A stretch of 24,000 nucleotides of DNA from Phycisphaerae bacterium (GTDB taxonomy: Bacteria; Planctomycetota; Phycisphaerae; UBA1845; Fen-1342): positions 739,591 to 763,590 of the forward strand of contig CAXXWX010000026.1 in assembly GCA_963675745.2 (NCBI GenBank), given 5' to 3'. This document shows positions 1 to 8,646 of this stretch, piece by piece. Within the stretch, counting starts at the first letter, position 1. Every line of letters starts with the position of its first letter. A model generated the notes under the pieces. The model was not told the DNA's origin, did no database searches, and saw only the letters and a program-made list of their open reading frames with translations. The translations under genes were made by a program, and so were the position numbers.

Positions 1-1
1 T

Positions 2-1114
2 AACCCGCGCCTGGTCAGGATCGCCGTCCTTTTGTCTCTTGTGCTCATCTGCACATGGCACTACCGGCAGGTGCGTGGGCCGCGCCTGGGCATCTGGAAC
101 GGACTATGGCTACTCGCGTGCGCCATTCCGTGGTTTGTCATCATGCGCGAGGGAACCTTCGGGCACCGGCATAACATTCTCGTGCTCACCCCGGCCCTCG
201 CACTGCTGCTCGGCAGCCTGGCATCGACCGGCTTGTTGCACGCGTTTGTGCCACGCCCGCGTTTCGCGCCCATCCGCTGGGTCGCGCCGCTGCTGGCCCT
301 GGCGCTGATGGGCACGTTCGCCTGGCGCATGAAAGACTCTCACGTGCTGAACCAGGTGTGGGACATCAACCCAAGGCTGCGCGAGAGCATTCTATTCCTG
401 CGCAGCTCGCATCAGCGCATCGCGGCCGCCGGCCGGCGACTCAACGATGTACGGCGGATAGTCTTCCTCGATCGCTGGCGTGTGCCCGCCTACCTGGCCG
501 ATCAGCCATACCAGCTTATGGACTGTGTCCAGGTGCCGAAGTCGCTGGTTGCCGGTGACGTCTTCTGGCACCAATGCTGGTCGGCCGAAGAGCAGGAGCT
601 CACGTTTGACGCCCTTTCCAGGTACGGCTTCCCAGATCAACTGTCGCCGCCAGCGACACGCTCACTGGTTTTCCATGGCGGGCGCGTGCCTGGACTGCCT
701 TTACACCTCGCGCTTGACGAACAGCACGAGCTGGCGGCCATGCACGCCAGCCGGGCACTCGACTGCCCACGCTGGTTTGTCCAGTGTCACCTGACCGGCC
801 AGATCGACAAACAGTGGGCGGAGCAGCTTGTGTTCAACTGCCGCCTGCTCGATGCGAACGGTGAGCGCGTGGAGGCGGAGGAGACGCGTGTGGCGTGGGG
901 CATCTGGAACTCGGAAGAGGCGCTGCTGTGGGTCTCATTCGCCGAAGCTGACGTTGCCCGTTCGAGCGCGCTGCGTATCGGCTTCTGGTCTGACGATCAA
1001 CTGGCCGCGTGCAGATTTGCGCCGTCGAGCGGAGAATTGCCCGCGGGGGTCGAACTCGCCGACGACGGCCGCGCGGTTATCTGGCGCCGACCGCCCTGGC
1101 TGAACGCTGACTGA
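2..1114 (+). CDS. Membrane protein, C-terminal portion (5' end probably outside the window); family not recognised
   Basis: The frame is stop-free from nt 2 to TGA 1112-1114. The listed ORF begins at TTG 32, but upstream codons stay open. Third-position G/C bias is strong. Hydrophobic helices (LWLLACAIPWFVI, LVLTPALALLLGSLASTGLL, VAPLLALALMGTFAW) precede a soluble Trp-rich domain of about 260 aa. Confidence 0.5.
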   Translation, partial: NPRLVRIAVLLSLVLICTWHYRQVRGPRLGIWNGLWLLACAIPWFVIMREGTFGHRHNILVLTPALALLLGSLASTGLLHAFVPRPRFAPIRWVAPLLALALMGTFAWRMKDSHVLNQVWDINPRLRESILFLRSSHQRIAAAGRRLNDVRRIVFLDRWRVPAYLADQPYQLMDCVQVPKSLVAGDVFWHQCWSAEEQELTFDALSRYGFPDQLSPPATRSLVFHGGRVPGLPLHLALDEQHELAAMHASRALDCPRWFVQCHLTGQIDKQWAEQLVFNCRLLDANGERVEAEETRVAWGIWNSEEALLWVSFAEADVARSSALRIGFWSDDQLAACRFAPSSGELPAGVELADDGRAVIWRRPPWLNAD

Positions 1115-2264
1115 CTTTGCTCGCAGCGCAAGCCCGGCCACCGATGGCCGCCAGCAACCCGGCCGCCAATCCCAGGAAGATCACGCCCGATCCGCCCGTC
1201 GAGACGAAGGGCAACGAAATGCCCTTGGTCGGAATGCTGTTGGTCACGACGCCGATGTTAAACGCGGCCTGCAAACCGATCGTCAGTGTCAGCCCCAGCG
1301 CCAGCATGCTGCCAAACAGGTCGGGGACGCGCCGCGCGATCCACCAGCCGCGCCAGAGCAGCGCGATGAACAGGGCGGTGACAACCATGCCCCCCACGAT
1401 CCCCAACTCCTCGCAGATGATTGCGAGGATGAAGTCGTTATTGGCCTGCGGCAGATAGGACTTCTGCACGCCGGCCCCCAGGCCTTGCCCCCACCAGCCG
1501 CCGGAGCCGATCGCGATCATGGCCTGATTGATCTGATACCCGCCATCGAGCGGATCGGGCGTTTCGAAGTAGAAATCGCGAATGCGCGGCCAACGGTGGG
1601 GCTTGAGGCGGATCATGACCACGCCGGCCGCGAATCCCAGCGGAACCAGCAGCGACAGATGCCACCAGCGGGCACGCGCGGCGAAGAGCATGCCGACCAT
1701 GATCGTACCCATCAGCACGCCCGTGCCAAAGTCCTCGATCGTCACCAGCAGCAGCAGCGGCACCAGCGACAGGATGACCAGTGTGAACCCCCTGAATATC
1801 CGGCGCACGTCGAGCACCGGCGACGTGAGCAGCGCCGCCAACCAGATCACCATCACGAGCTTGGCGACCTCCGGCGGCTGAAAACTGAGCGACCCCACGC
1901 CGATCGAGCGTTTGGCTCCCATCGCGCGCTGTCCGATGCCGGGGATATACATGGCGGCCACCAGCGCAAGCGCCACCAGGGCGATCAGACCCACGCGCCA
2001 GCAATCGCGCCACCGCTCGCAACGCAGCAGAGAGTAGTTGAAGTGCGCGGCGAGCAGCATGGCGAGGAAGCCCATCATTACGAAGACGGTTTGCTTGATC
2101 GGGGTGCGCAACCAATGGTCGAGCGCCAGGTCCACGCCCTCGTAAGAGATGCGCGCCGAATACGCCATCGCCACGCCCAGCACCATCAGTGCCCCGACGA
2201 TCAGGATGACCACGCCGTCATAGGTCGGCGCGGCGTTGTGACGCAGGTCGGGCGTGTCGGCCAT
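1077..2264 (-). CDS. ftsW: SEDS-family peptidoglycan glycosyltransferase FtsW (FtsW/RodA/SpoVE family)
   Basis: Polytopic membrane protein with the SEDS signature region GSGGWWGQGLGAGVQKSYLPQANNDFILAIICEELGIVGG. It sits directly after mraY. ATG 2264 is preceded by AGGTGA, which overlaps the mraY stop. GTG 2267 is an alternative start. Confidence 0.85.
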   Translation of the reverse strand: MADTPDLRHNAAPTYDGVVILIVGALMVLGVAMAYSARISYEGVDLALDHWLRTPIKQTVFVMMGFLAMLLAAHFNYSLLRCERWRDCWRVGLIALVALALVAAMYIPGIGQRAMGAKRSIGVGSLSFQPPEVAKLVMVIWLAALLTSPVLDVRRIFRGFTLVILSLVPLLLLVTIEDFGTGVLMGTIMVGMLFAARARWWHLSLLVPLGFAAGVVMIRLKPHRWPRIRDFYFETPDPLDGGYQINQAMIAIGSGGWWGQGLGAGVQKSYLPQANNDFILAIICEELGIVGGMVVTALFIALLWRGWWIARRVPDLFGSMLALGLTLTIGLQAAFNIGVVTNSIPTKGISLPFVSTGGSGVIFLGLAAGLLAAIGGRACAASKVSQRSARAVGAR

Positions 2265-2268
2265 CACG

Positions 2269-3423
2269 TCACCTCAGCTTGACCGTGGCCAGGGCAAACA
2301 CGGCGAACAGGGCCGCGACCAGCCAGAAGCGCATGACGACCTGCATTTCCGACCAGCCGCCGAGATGCAGGTGGTTGTGCAGCGGTGCGCAGCGCAGGAA
2401 CCGCCGCCCGCCGGTCCAGTGGAAATACGAGATTTGCAGCAGCACCGAAACGGCCTCGATCACGAAGATGCCGCCGACAAGGAACAGCATCAGTTCGAGG
2501 CGCGTGACGATAGCCACGTATCCGATCAACCCGCCCAGCGGCAGTGACCCGGTGTCTCCCATGAACACCTGGGCCGGATACGCATTATACCATAGAAAAC
2601 CTAGACAGGCGCCGCAGATCGCCCCGCACAGCACGGCCAGCTCCCCCGCCTCGCGCACGTGGAAGAACAAGAGGTATTCAGCGTACTCCTTGTCCCCCAC
2701 CACCGTCGAAAGCACCATGAAGACCACGGCGGTCAACGCCATGCAGCCGCACGCCAGGCCGTCCATGCCGTCAGTCAGGTTGACCGCGTTTGAAGTGCCC
2801 GTGATCACGATCACGCTGATCAGCCAGAACACCGGCGCCGCCAGCAGGATACCGTGGTAGGGCGCCGGCCCCTTGTAGAACGGCACACTCAGCACGTTGT
2901 ACGGTACATAGTCCTTGGCGATGTCGAAGAAGCGATCTTCTTCGGCCAGGCCGCGGCCCGTCTTCAGAATGAACACGCCCAGCAGCGCCCCCAGCGCGAT
3001 CTGAAAGACGAGTTTCTCCCACATCTTCAGCCCATCGCGGCCGCCGCGCCGCGTCGCCGTCAGCTTCAGATAGTCATCTATGCCGCCCAGCGCGGCCAGC
3101 CACACCAGGCAGATGAGACCCATGCGCACGTAGTACACGCGCAGGTCCGCCAGCAGCAACACGGTCACCAGAACCGAGACGACGATCATCACGCCGCCCA
3201 TCGTCGGCGTGTTGCGTTTGGCCTTCATCATCTCGTTGAGCTGCTCATGGTTGAAGTTGGCGTGGTCACCGATCTTCAGCTTGAGCAATATGCGGATCAC
3301 GCGCGGGCCCATCGCCCACACCACCGTGAATCCCAACAGGATTGCCACCGCGCCGCGAAACGGCGCGTTCTGATACCCGTAGGGCTGTCCGGACATCAGC
3401 CATGCAAAAAACTCATACAGCAT
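2269..3423 (-). CDS. mraY: Phospho-N-acetylmuramoyl-pentapeptide transferase MraY
   Basis: Motifs NAVNLTDGMDGLA and FMGDTGSLPLGG in a 10-TM-like profile. The ATG lies 3 nt after the murF TGA (TGA-CCG-ATG). Confidence 0.95.
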   Translation of the reverse strand: MLYEFFAWLMSGQPYGYQNAPFRGAVAILLGFTVVWAMGPRVIRILLKLKIGDHANFNHEQLNEMMKAKRNTPTMGGVMIVVSVLVTVLLLADLRVYYVRMGLICLVWLAALGGIDDYLKLTATRRGGRDGLKMWEKLVFQIALGALLGVFILKTGRGLAEEDRFFDIAKDYVPYNVLSVPFYKGPAPYHGILLAAPVFWLISVIVITGTSNAVNLTDGMDGLACGCMALTAVVFMVLSTVVGDKEYAEYLLFFHVREAGELAVLCGAICGACLGFLWYNAYPAQVFMGDTGSLPLGGLIGYVAIVTRLELMLFLVGGIFVIEAVSVLLQISYFHWTGGRRFLRCAPLHNHLHLGGWSEMQVVMRFWLVAALFAVFALATVKLR

Positions 3424-3426
3424 CGG

Positions 3427-4839
3427 TCAACCTGTCGCCGCAAAGGCCGCCCACTTCCGCAGCGGCGTTACCAGTCGTTCCAACCCCACCGCTCGTGAAC
3501 CCTTCAGCAGAACCACGTCGCCCGCCCGTAACAAACCCGGCAGCCCCAGCACGCACTCATCAACGCTCACAAAACTCGTCAGCGCCGGACCGCCGCGCGC
3601 GCTGAGCACGCGTTGCATCCGATCGCCGGCGGCCCCCACCAGCACCACATGGTCCAGGGCGCAGGCGCGCACGTGCTCGGCAACCTGCGCGTGTAGTTCC
3701 GCCGAACGCGGGCCCAACTCGCGCATCTCGCCCAAGACGGCAATGCGCCGCCCCGCGCTGGGGTGCTGCACCAGCATCTCGAGCGCCGCCCGCATGCTCT
3801 GCGGGTTTGCGTTATAGGCATCATTGAGAACCGTCAGATCGCCGAAACGCTGCAACTCGCACCGCAGCGCCGGCGGCGCGTAGGTCGCCAGACGCGCCGC
3901 GATTTCATCGTGATCAAGCCCCAGACGCCGCCCAACCGCGACCGCGCCGGCGGCGTTCAGAGCATTATGTGCCCCCGGCATCGGCAAGCGGTATTCAAAA
4001 CGCCCGTTCAGCCGGAACATCAGCCACGGCGGCTCGTACACCACGTCGCTGACGCGCAGGTCCGCGTCCTCGCACGTGCCGAACGTCGTCAGCGTCAGCC
4101 CCTCGGCCGGCAGGTGCGCCTGAATCCCCGCCCACTCCACATTCACCGCCGCAAATCCGCTTTCCAGCCAGCCCAGCACCGAGCACTCTTCGGCGGCCAC
4201 GCCGCCCAGATCACCCAGCCCTTCCAGGTGCTCTTCGGCGATGGAGGTGATCACCGCGAGTGTCGGTCGCGCAAGCTCCGCCAGCGCGGCCACCTCGCCG
4301 GGTGCGTTGGTGCCGATTTCAACGACGAGGTAGTCATCAGAAGCGGCCGCCGACAACAGTGTCAGCGGCACGCCGATCGCGTTGTTGAAACTCCTGGGCG
4401 AGGCGCGCCCGGTGAAGCGCTCTCCCAGGATATGGTCGACCATGCTCTTGGTCGTGGTCTTGCCATTGCTCCCGGCGACAGCGATGACGCTGAGCGAGAG
4501 CAGGCGTCGGTGGTAATGAGCCAGCCGTCCCAATGCGGCGAGCACGTCGTCGACACCGATCAGGACCGGTCCCGCGCCTGCGATGCCCAACGCCGCAAGC
4601 GACGCCGCGACTTCGGGGACGCGTGCCTGTGCCACCACCGCGGCGAGGGCGCCGCCCTCGGCGGCCTGCGTGACAAACTCATGCCCGTCAAAGCGATCAC
4701 CGCTCAGTGCGAAGAACACATCACCGGACGCCACTTCGCGCGAATCGGTTGATACGGCGTTCGCGCTTAGCGGCGGCACGGTTTCAACCGTACGTCCTTT
4801 GACCGCCTCCACGATTTCGCTGAGCGTGAGTTTGATCAC
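3427..4839 (-). CDS. murF: UDP-N-acetylmuramoyl-tripeptide--D-alanyl-D-alanine ligase MurF
   Basis: Mur ligase P-loop GSNGKTTTKSM and the C-terminal Mur ligase region NDAYNANPQSMRAALE. GTG start at 4839 with GGAGG 12 nt upstream. Position between murE and mraY. Confidence 0.9.
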   Translation of the reverse strand: MIKLTLSEIVEAVKGRTVETVPPLSANAVSTDSREVASGDVFFALSGDRFDGHEFVTQAAEGGALAAVVAQARVPEVAASLAALGIAGAGPVLIGVDDVLAALGRLAHYHRRLLSLSVIAVAGSNGKTTTKSMVDHILGERFTGRASPRSFNNAIGVPLTLLSAAASDDYLVVEIGTNAPGEVAALAELARPTLAVITSIAEEHLEGLGDLGGVAAEECSVLGWLESGFAAVNVEWAGIQAHLPAEGLTLTTFGTCEDADLRVSDVVYEPPWLMFRLNGRFEYRLPMPGAHNALNAAGAVAVGRRLGLDHDEIAARLATYAPPALRCELQRFGDLTVLNDAYNANPQSMRAALEMLVQHPSAGRRIAVLGEMRELGPRSAELHAQVAEHVRACALDHVVLVGAAGDRMQRVLSARGGPALTSFVSVDECVLGLPGLLRAGDVVLLKGSRAVGLERLVTPLRKWAAFAATG

Positions 4840-4898
4840 GGCCGCAGGGAACCTCCATTATTCGGCACAACAAACACGTCCGACGCCGCGTGCGCCGG

Positions 4899-4962
4899 GT
4901 GCCACGGCTCTGTGAGCCGTGTGCGCCGCCGCGTGAACACACGGCTCACAGAGCCGTGGCAC
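4899..4962. repeat. Nested palindromic (REP-like) element in the murE-murF spacer
   Basis: Perfect 25-bp inverted repeat: GTGCCACGGCTCTGTGAGCCGTGTG (4899-4923) and CACACGGCTCACAGAGCCGTGGCAC (4938-4962), with a 14-nt spacer. Each arm is itself a hairpin unit CACGGCTC-NNN-GAGCCGTG. Confidence 0.8.
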
Positions 4963-4993
4963 GCAGCCCCGCGCGTTTTCCGGCGACTGCGCA

Positions 4994-6523
4994 CTAGCGG
5001 TCGGTGCCTTGAACACCGGCCAACTCGGCCGCCGCCGCCATCGCCACCTCGACATCGTCAAAGTGTATCCGCTCCTCGCCAATAATCTGGCAGCGCTCGT
5101 GACCTTTTCCTGCTATGAGCACCACATCTCCGTCGCGCGCGGCGGCCAGCGCGCACTTGATCGCGTCCGCGCGGTCCAGTTCGACGATCACGCGTCGGCG
5201 CGTGGACTCGTCGAGGCCACCGAGGGCATCGTCGGCGATCCGCCGAGGATCTTCGCCACGCGGATTATCGTTGGTCAGCACGATCGCGTCGGAAAACTCC
5301 GCCACGGCCCGCGCCATCTTCGGTCGCTTGTCGCGGTCACGGTCGCCGCCGCAGCCGAAAACCGTGATCAACCGGCCACGCGTCAACGGCTTGAGCACGC
5401 CGAGCACGTTTCGCAGGGCATCCTCGGTGTGCGCATAGTCCACAAGCACATCGACGCCGGCCATGCCGGCCACGCGCTGCAACCGCCCGCGGACATTCTG
5501 CACGGCGGCCAGCCCCGCGCCAATGAGCTCCGGTGACACGCCCACCGCGGTTGCCAGTCCGGCCGCCGCCAGTGCGTTGTAGACATTGTGCCGGCCGACA
5601 ATCCTGTTCTCCAGCGTAAGCTCCTCGCCCGCGATGCGCAGCACGTACCGGGTGCCCGCGATCGTCTCGGCCACGATGCTACCGGTGACGTCAGCCGGCT
5701 GGGTCATTGCGTAGTACACGACTCGCGCGCGGCAGTTCTCGATCATCGCCTCGTGCGCGGGATCGTCGCGATTGACCACGGCAACCGCGTCTTCACCCAG
5801 CCCCGCGAAGAGCCGGGCCTTGGCCGCCCGGTAGTCTTCCATCGTTCCGTGATAGTCCAGGTGGTCCTGCGTGAGATTGGTGAAACCCGCCGCGCTGAAC
5901 TCAAGCCCGGCCGTACGTTGCTGCGCCAGGGCGTGACTCGACACCTCCACCACCGCCGCATCCGCCCCGGCGTCGATGCAGGCGCGCAGATACTCGGCGA
6001 GTTCCAACGGCCCGGGCGTGGTCAGTCGCGACTCCACCGAGCGTGAACAGAGGTTGTAGTGCAGCGTACCCAGCAGACCGCAGCCCCATCCCGCCTCCAG
6101 GAGAATCTGGCGGGTCATTTCCGCGGTCGTGCTCTTACCGTTTGTGCCGGTGATCGCGATCAGCTTGAGCTTGCGCGCCGCGGCGCCGTCGAGCCCGTGC
6201 CAGCGCTGCGCCAGGCGCGCCAGGGCAACGCGCGCATCTTCAACCGGCACAACGATCACGTTCGGCACGCCAGAGATCCCCGTGCCAACCACGACCGCCG
6301 CCCCGTTGCGCAGTGCGTCGTCAATGAAGCGGCGACCATCGGCCGTAGCGCCCGGGACGGTGACAAACACACCCCCGTCCCGCACTCGTCGCGAGTCGTC
6401 ATGTACGCCCGTGACTTGACGCGCCCCGTGCGCCGCCAGAGTTTTGGCGTCGGCGATTCCCGCAAATAGCTGTGCCAGTGTCCGCATGCCGACTTGCCGA
6501 CTGCCACCCGCCAACACGCGCAT
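4994..6523 (-). CDS. murE: UDP-N-acetylmuramoyl-L-alanyl-D-glutamate--2,6-diaminopimelate ligase MurE
   Basis: P-loop GTNGKSTTAEM and a DNPR motif (LTNDNPRGEDP), which is typical of meso-DAP-adding MurE. ATG 6523 overlaps the ftsI TGA by 1 nt (CTGATG). The ORF-track start at 6640 would run 117 nt into ftsI. ATG 6487 (MRTLAQLF) is an alternative start. Confidence 0.9.
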   Translation of the reverse strand: MRVLAGGSRQVGMRTLAQLFAGIADAKTLAAHGARQVTGVHDDSRRVRDGGVFVTVPGATADGRRFIDDALRNGAAVVVGTGISGVPNVIVVPVEDARVALARLAQRWHGLDGAAARKLKLIAITGTNGKSTTAEMTRQILLEAGWGCGLLGTLHYNLCSRSVESRLTTPGPLELAEYLRACIDAGADAAVVEVSSHALAQQRTAGLEFSAAGFTNLTQDHLDYHGTMEDYRAAKARLFAGLGEDAVAVVNRDDPAHEAMIENCRARVVYYAMTQPADVTGSIVAETIAGTRYVLRIAGEELTLENRIVGRHNVYNALAAAGLATAVGVSPELIGAGLAAVQNVRGRLQRVAGMAGVDVLVDYAHTEDALRNVLGVLKPLTRGRLITVFGCGGDRDRDKRPKMARAVAEFSDAIVLTNDNPRGEDPRRIADDALGGLDESTRRRVIVELDRADAIKCALAAARDGDVVLIAGKGHERCQIIGEERIHFDDVEVAMAAAAELAGVQGTDR

Positions 6524-8343
6524 CAGTTGTCCGCATTCTGCGGCGGCACGTGCAGGTAGGCGAGCGTGTCTGCCAGGATTGCCGCCGCCGCTGGTGCCGA
6601 TACGGCTCCGCCGTAATACGATTTGCCCTTCGGACGACACACTGAAACCAGGACGGCCACTTGCGGATTGTCAGCCGGTGCCCCGCAGATGAACGACGCC
6701 ATATACGCGTTGTCTTCGTAGCCCTCCCGCTCGCCTTCCAGGTTGTCGTCGCTGCTCGTGGTCGCGATTTGCGCCGTCGCCGTCTTGCCGAACACCTGGT
6801 AGTCCGGCAGGATCGCCTTGCGTCCGGTGCCTTCCGGGCTGACCACCGCCGTAAGCGCCGTCATGCGGAACTCGTCGGCCACTTCCGGGCGTAACACACG
6901 CCGCCGGACAATCGGCTCGGAGTAGTCGGCGAGCACCTCCCCATCCGGCGATACGACTCCGCGCACGATCCGCGGTTGATACAGAATCCCACCGTTGCAT
7001 ATCGCACAAAAGGCGGTCAGCATCTGCAGCGGCGTGACGGCGATCTCCTGGCCGAACGACACCGACGGCGTCGAGAAGCTCGTCCACAGGGACAGATCCT
7101 GCACCAGTCCATAGCTCTCTCCGGGCAACTGGATACCGGTCCGATCGCCGAAACCAAAACCCTTGATCCAACCGTGCAGCCGCTCGTTACCCGATCGCAG
7201 CCCGATCACGGTCATGCCGATGTTGCTGGACTTGCTGATGATCCGATGTGCCGGCACGGTCCCCAATGTCACTCCCACATCGTGGATCGTCCGCCGCCCG
7301 AAGGAGCGCACCGGCCCGTTGACCGCGATCGGTTCATCAATGCTGATCAGCCCCTCGTTGAGCGCTGACGAGAAAATGATCGGCTTGAACATGCTACCGG
7401 GCTCGTACGATTCCTGGATCGCGCGGTTCTCCAGACGCTCGCGAGCCGCCTTGTACTCGGGGGCCGTCTCGCTGATCCCGAGCGGAATGGGCTGCTGCGG
7501 CTCATAGGTCGGGTAGGTCGCCATCGCCAGCACTTCGCCGGCCTGCGGGTCCATGACCAGAGCCACGCCCCATTCACCCACGAATTCCTCAACCGCCGCG
7601 CGCAGATGCTGTTCAGCGCGTTGCTGAATGTGAACGTCGATCGTCAGAAAGACGCTCGCACCATCGCGCGGCGGCTCATATTCATCCAGCCTTGATCGCA
7701 GCGAGCGGCGGCGCACGTCGACGGTCATCGTCCGCTTGCCATCCGTGCCGCGCAGGACACTGTCAAAACGCTGCTCAATGCCCGCCAATCCCAGGCGTGG
7801 CGGGAGGTTCGGATCCTCCGTGCCGCCGACGAAACCAACGACATGCGCGGCGGTCGATCCATACGGATAATCGCGCCGCGGTTCATAACGCACCACAAAC
7901 GCGCCCAGCCGGCGCTCTCCGCGAATCTCCTGAAACGCGGCGAGTTCGTCCTCGGGCACGTCGCGCTTCACCCAGACAAACCCGTGACTCCGGCGCGCCA
8001 GAATCGTGTCGTATAGCTCCGACGCCTCCACGCCGTCGAATATCGGCGCGATGCTGTATGCGGCAAAGCGCGCGTCATCGACATCGGAAGGGTCCATGTA
8101 GACGCATGGAAAACGCGTCGAGCCGGCCAGCACGCGCCCGCGCGTATCCAGTATTTCACCGCGTTGCGCCGGAATCGGCAGCATGGCCGTCTGTTGCCGC
8201 GCCGCCTTGGAGCGCAGCTCATCCCCCTGCGCGTATTCGATGTATGCCAGCCGCCCCGCCCCGCTGAATAGCAGGATGCTGACCAGCCCGACAAGCACGT
8301 CGCCACGCCGTACAAACTTCATGATGGCCCGGAAGCAGCGCAT
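6523..8343 (-). CDS. ftsI: Class B penicillin-binding protein / peptidoglycan D,D-transpeptidase FtsI
   Basis: N-terminal TM anchor (VLVGLVSILLFSGAG), a PBP dimerisation region, and transpeptidase motifs SMFK (SxxK) and SSN (SxN). The third box reads KTA instead of KTG. ATG 8343 lies 1 nt after the ftsL-like TGA (TGA-C-ATG). The ORF-track start 8364 is an alternative. Confidence 0.85.
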   Translation of the reverse strand: MRCFRAIMKFVRRGDVLVGLVSILLFSGAGRLAYIEYAQGDELRSKAARQQTAMLPIPAQRGEILDTRGRVLAGSTRFPCVYMDPSDVDDARFAAYSIAPIFDGVEASELYDTILARRSHGFVWVKRDVPEDELAAFQEIRGERRLGAFVVRYEPRRDYPYGSTAAHVVGFVGGTEDPNLPPRLGLAGIEQRFDSVLRGTDGKRTMTVDVRRRSLRSRLDEYEPPRDGASVFLTIDVHIQQRAEQHLRAAVEEFVGEWGVALVMDPQAGEVLAMATYPTYEPQQPIPLGISETAPEYKAARERLENRAIQESYEPGSMFKPIIFSSALNEGLISIDEPIAVNGPVRSFGRRTIHDVGVTLGTVPAHRIISKSSNIGMTVIGLRSGNERLHGWIKGFGFGDRTGIQLPGESYGLVQDLSLWTSFSTPSVSFGQEIAVTPLQMLTAFCAICNGGILYQPRIVRGVVSPDGEVLADYSEPIVRRRVLRPEVADEFRMTALTAVVSPEGTGRKAILPDYQVFGKTATAQIATTSSDDNLEGEREGYEDNAYMASFICGAPADNPQVAVLVSVCRPKGKSYYGGAVSAPAAAAILADTLAYLHVPPQNADN

Positions 8344-8344
8344 G

Positions 8345-8611
8345 TCAGGGGCCCACCGCATCATTGGAGTCGGCCGCGGATTCCGGCCCGGCCAACCGCA
8401 GATCGGCGGCGCGCCCCCGGATCAGCGCCGGATCGCGCAGCCGGGCCAACTCGAGCTCGCGCTCGCGCAGTTGCTGGCGCAGAACGCGTGCGTCGAACTC
8501 CAGTTGCGCGAACCGGTTGTGCAGCCGCGTGGTCTCCGCCCGTACGATCACAACTGTCAACATCACCGCGAGCGCCACCGCAAGCAAAACTATGGTCCGT
8601 GTCAGCGTCAT
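8345..8611 (-). CDS. ftsL: FtsL-like small bitopic division protein
   Basis: 88 aa with an N-terminal TM helix (IVLLAVALAVMLTVVIV) followed by a coiled-coil-like segment (FAQLEFDARVLRQQLRERELELARLRDPALIRGRAADLRL). It occupies the canonical slot immediately upstream of ftsI. The call rests on size, architecture and context, not on clear sequence identity. Confidence 0.55.
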   Translation of the reverse strand: MTLTRTIVLLAVALAVMLTVVIVRAETTRLHNRFAQLEFDARVLRQQLRERELELARLRDPALIRGRAADLRLAGPESAADSNDAVGP

Positions 8612-8646
8612 ACTAATCCCAGGCGGGCTTTGCGAGTCGGTTGACT

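Noticed and set aside
1485-2282. Long plus-strand ORF (265 aa, His/Arg/Gln-rich) antisense to ftsW. Similar antisense ORFs occur at 2854-3498, 3763-4752, 9916-10539, 12362-13192, 14762-15655, 17134-17826 and 21629-22303.
   Set aside because: All lie opposite genes with unmistakable family motifs. Their composition is skewed and low-complexity (Arg/His/Pro/Gly). They are the expected stop-poor shadow frames of a high-GC genome, and no independent evidence suggests they code.
6524-6640. 5' extension of the murE ORF (39 extra codons) overlapping the ftsI 3' end.
   Set aside because: The extra residues (SSEGQIVLRRSRIGTSGGGNPGRH...) do not look like MurE. ATG 6523 gives a 1-nt stop/start overlap with ftsI, typical of operon coupling.
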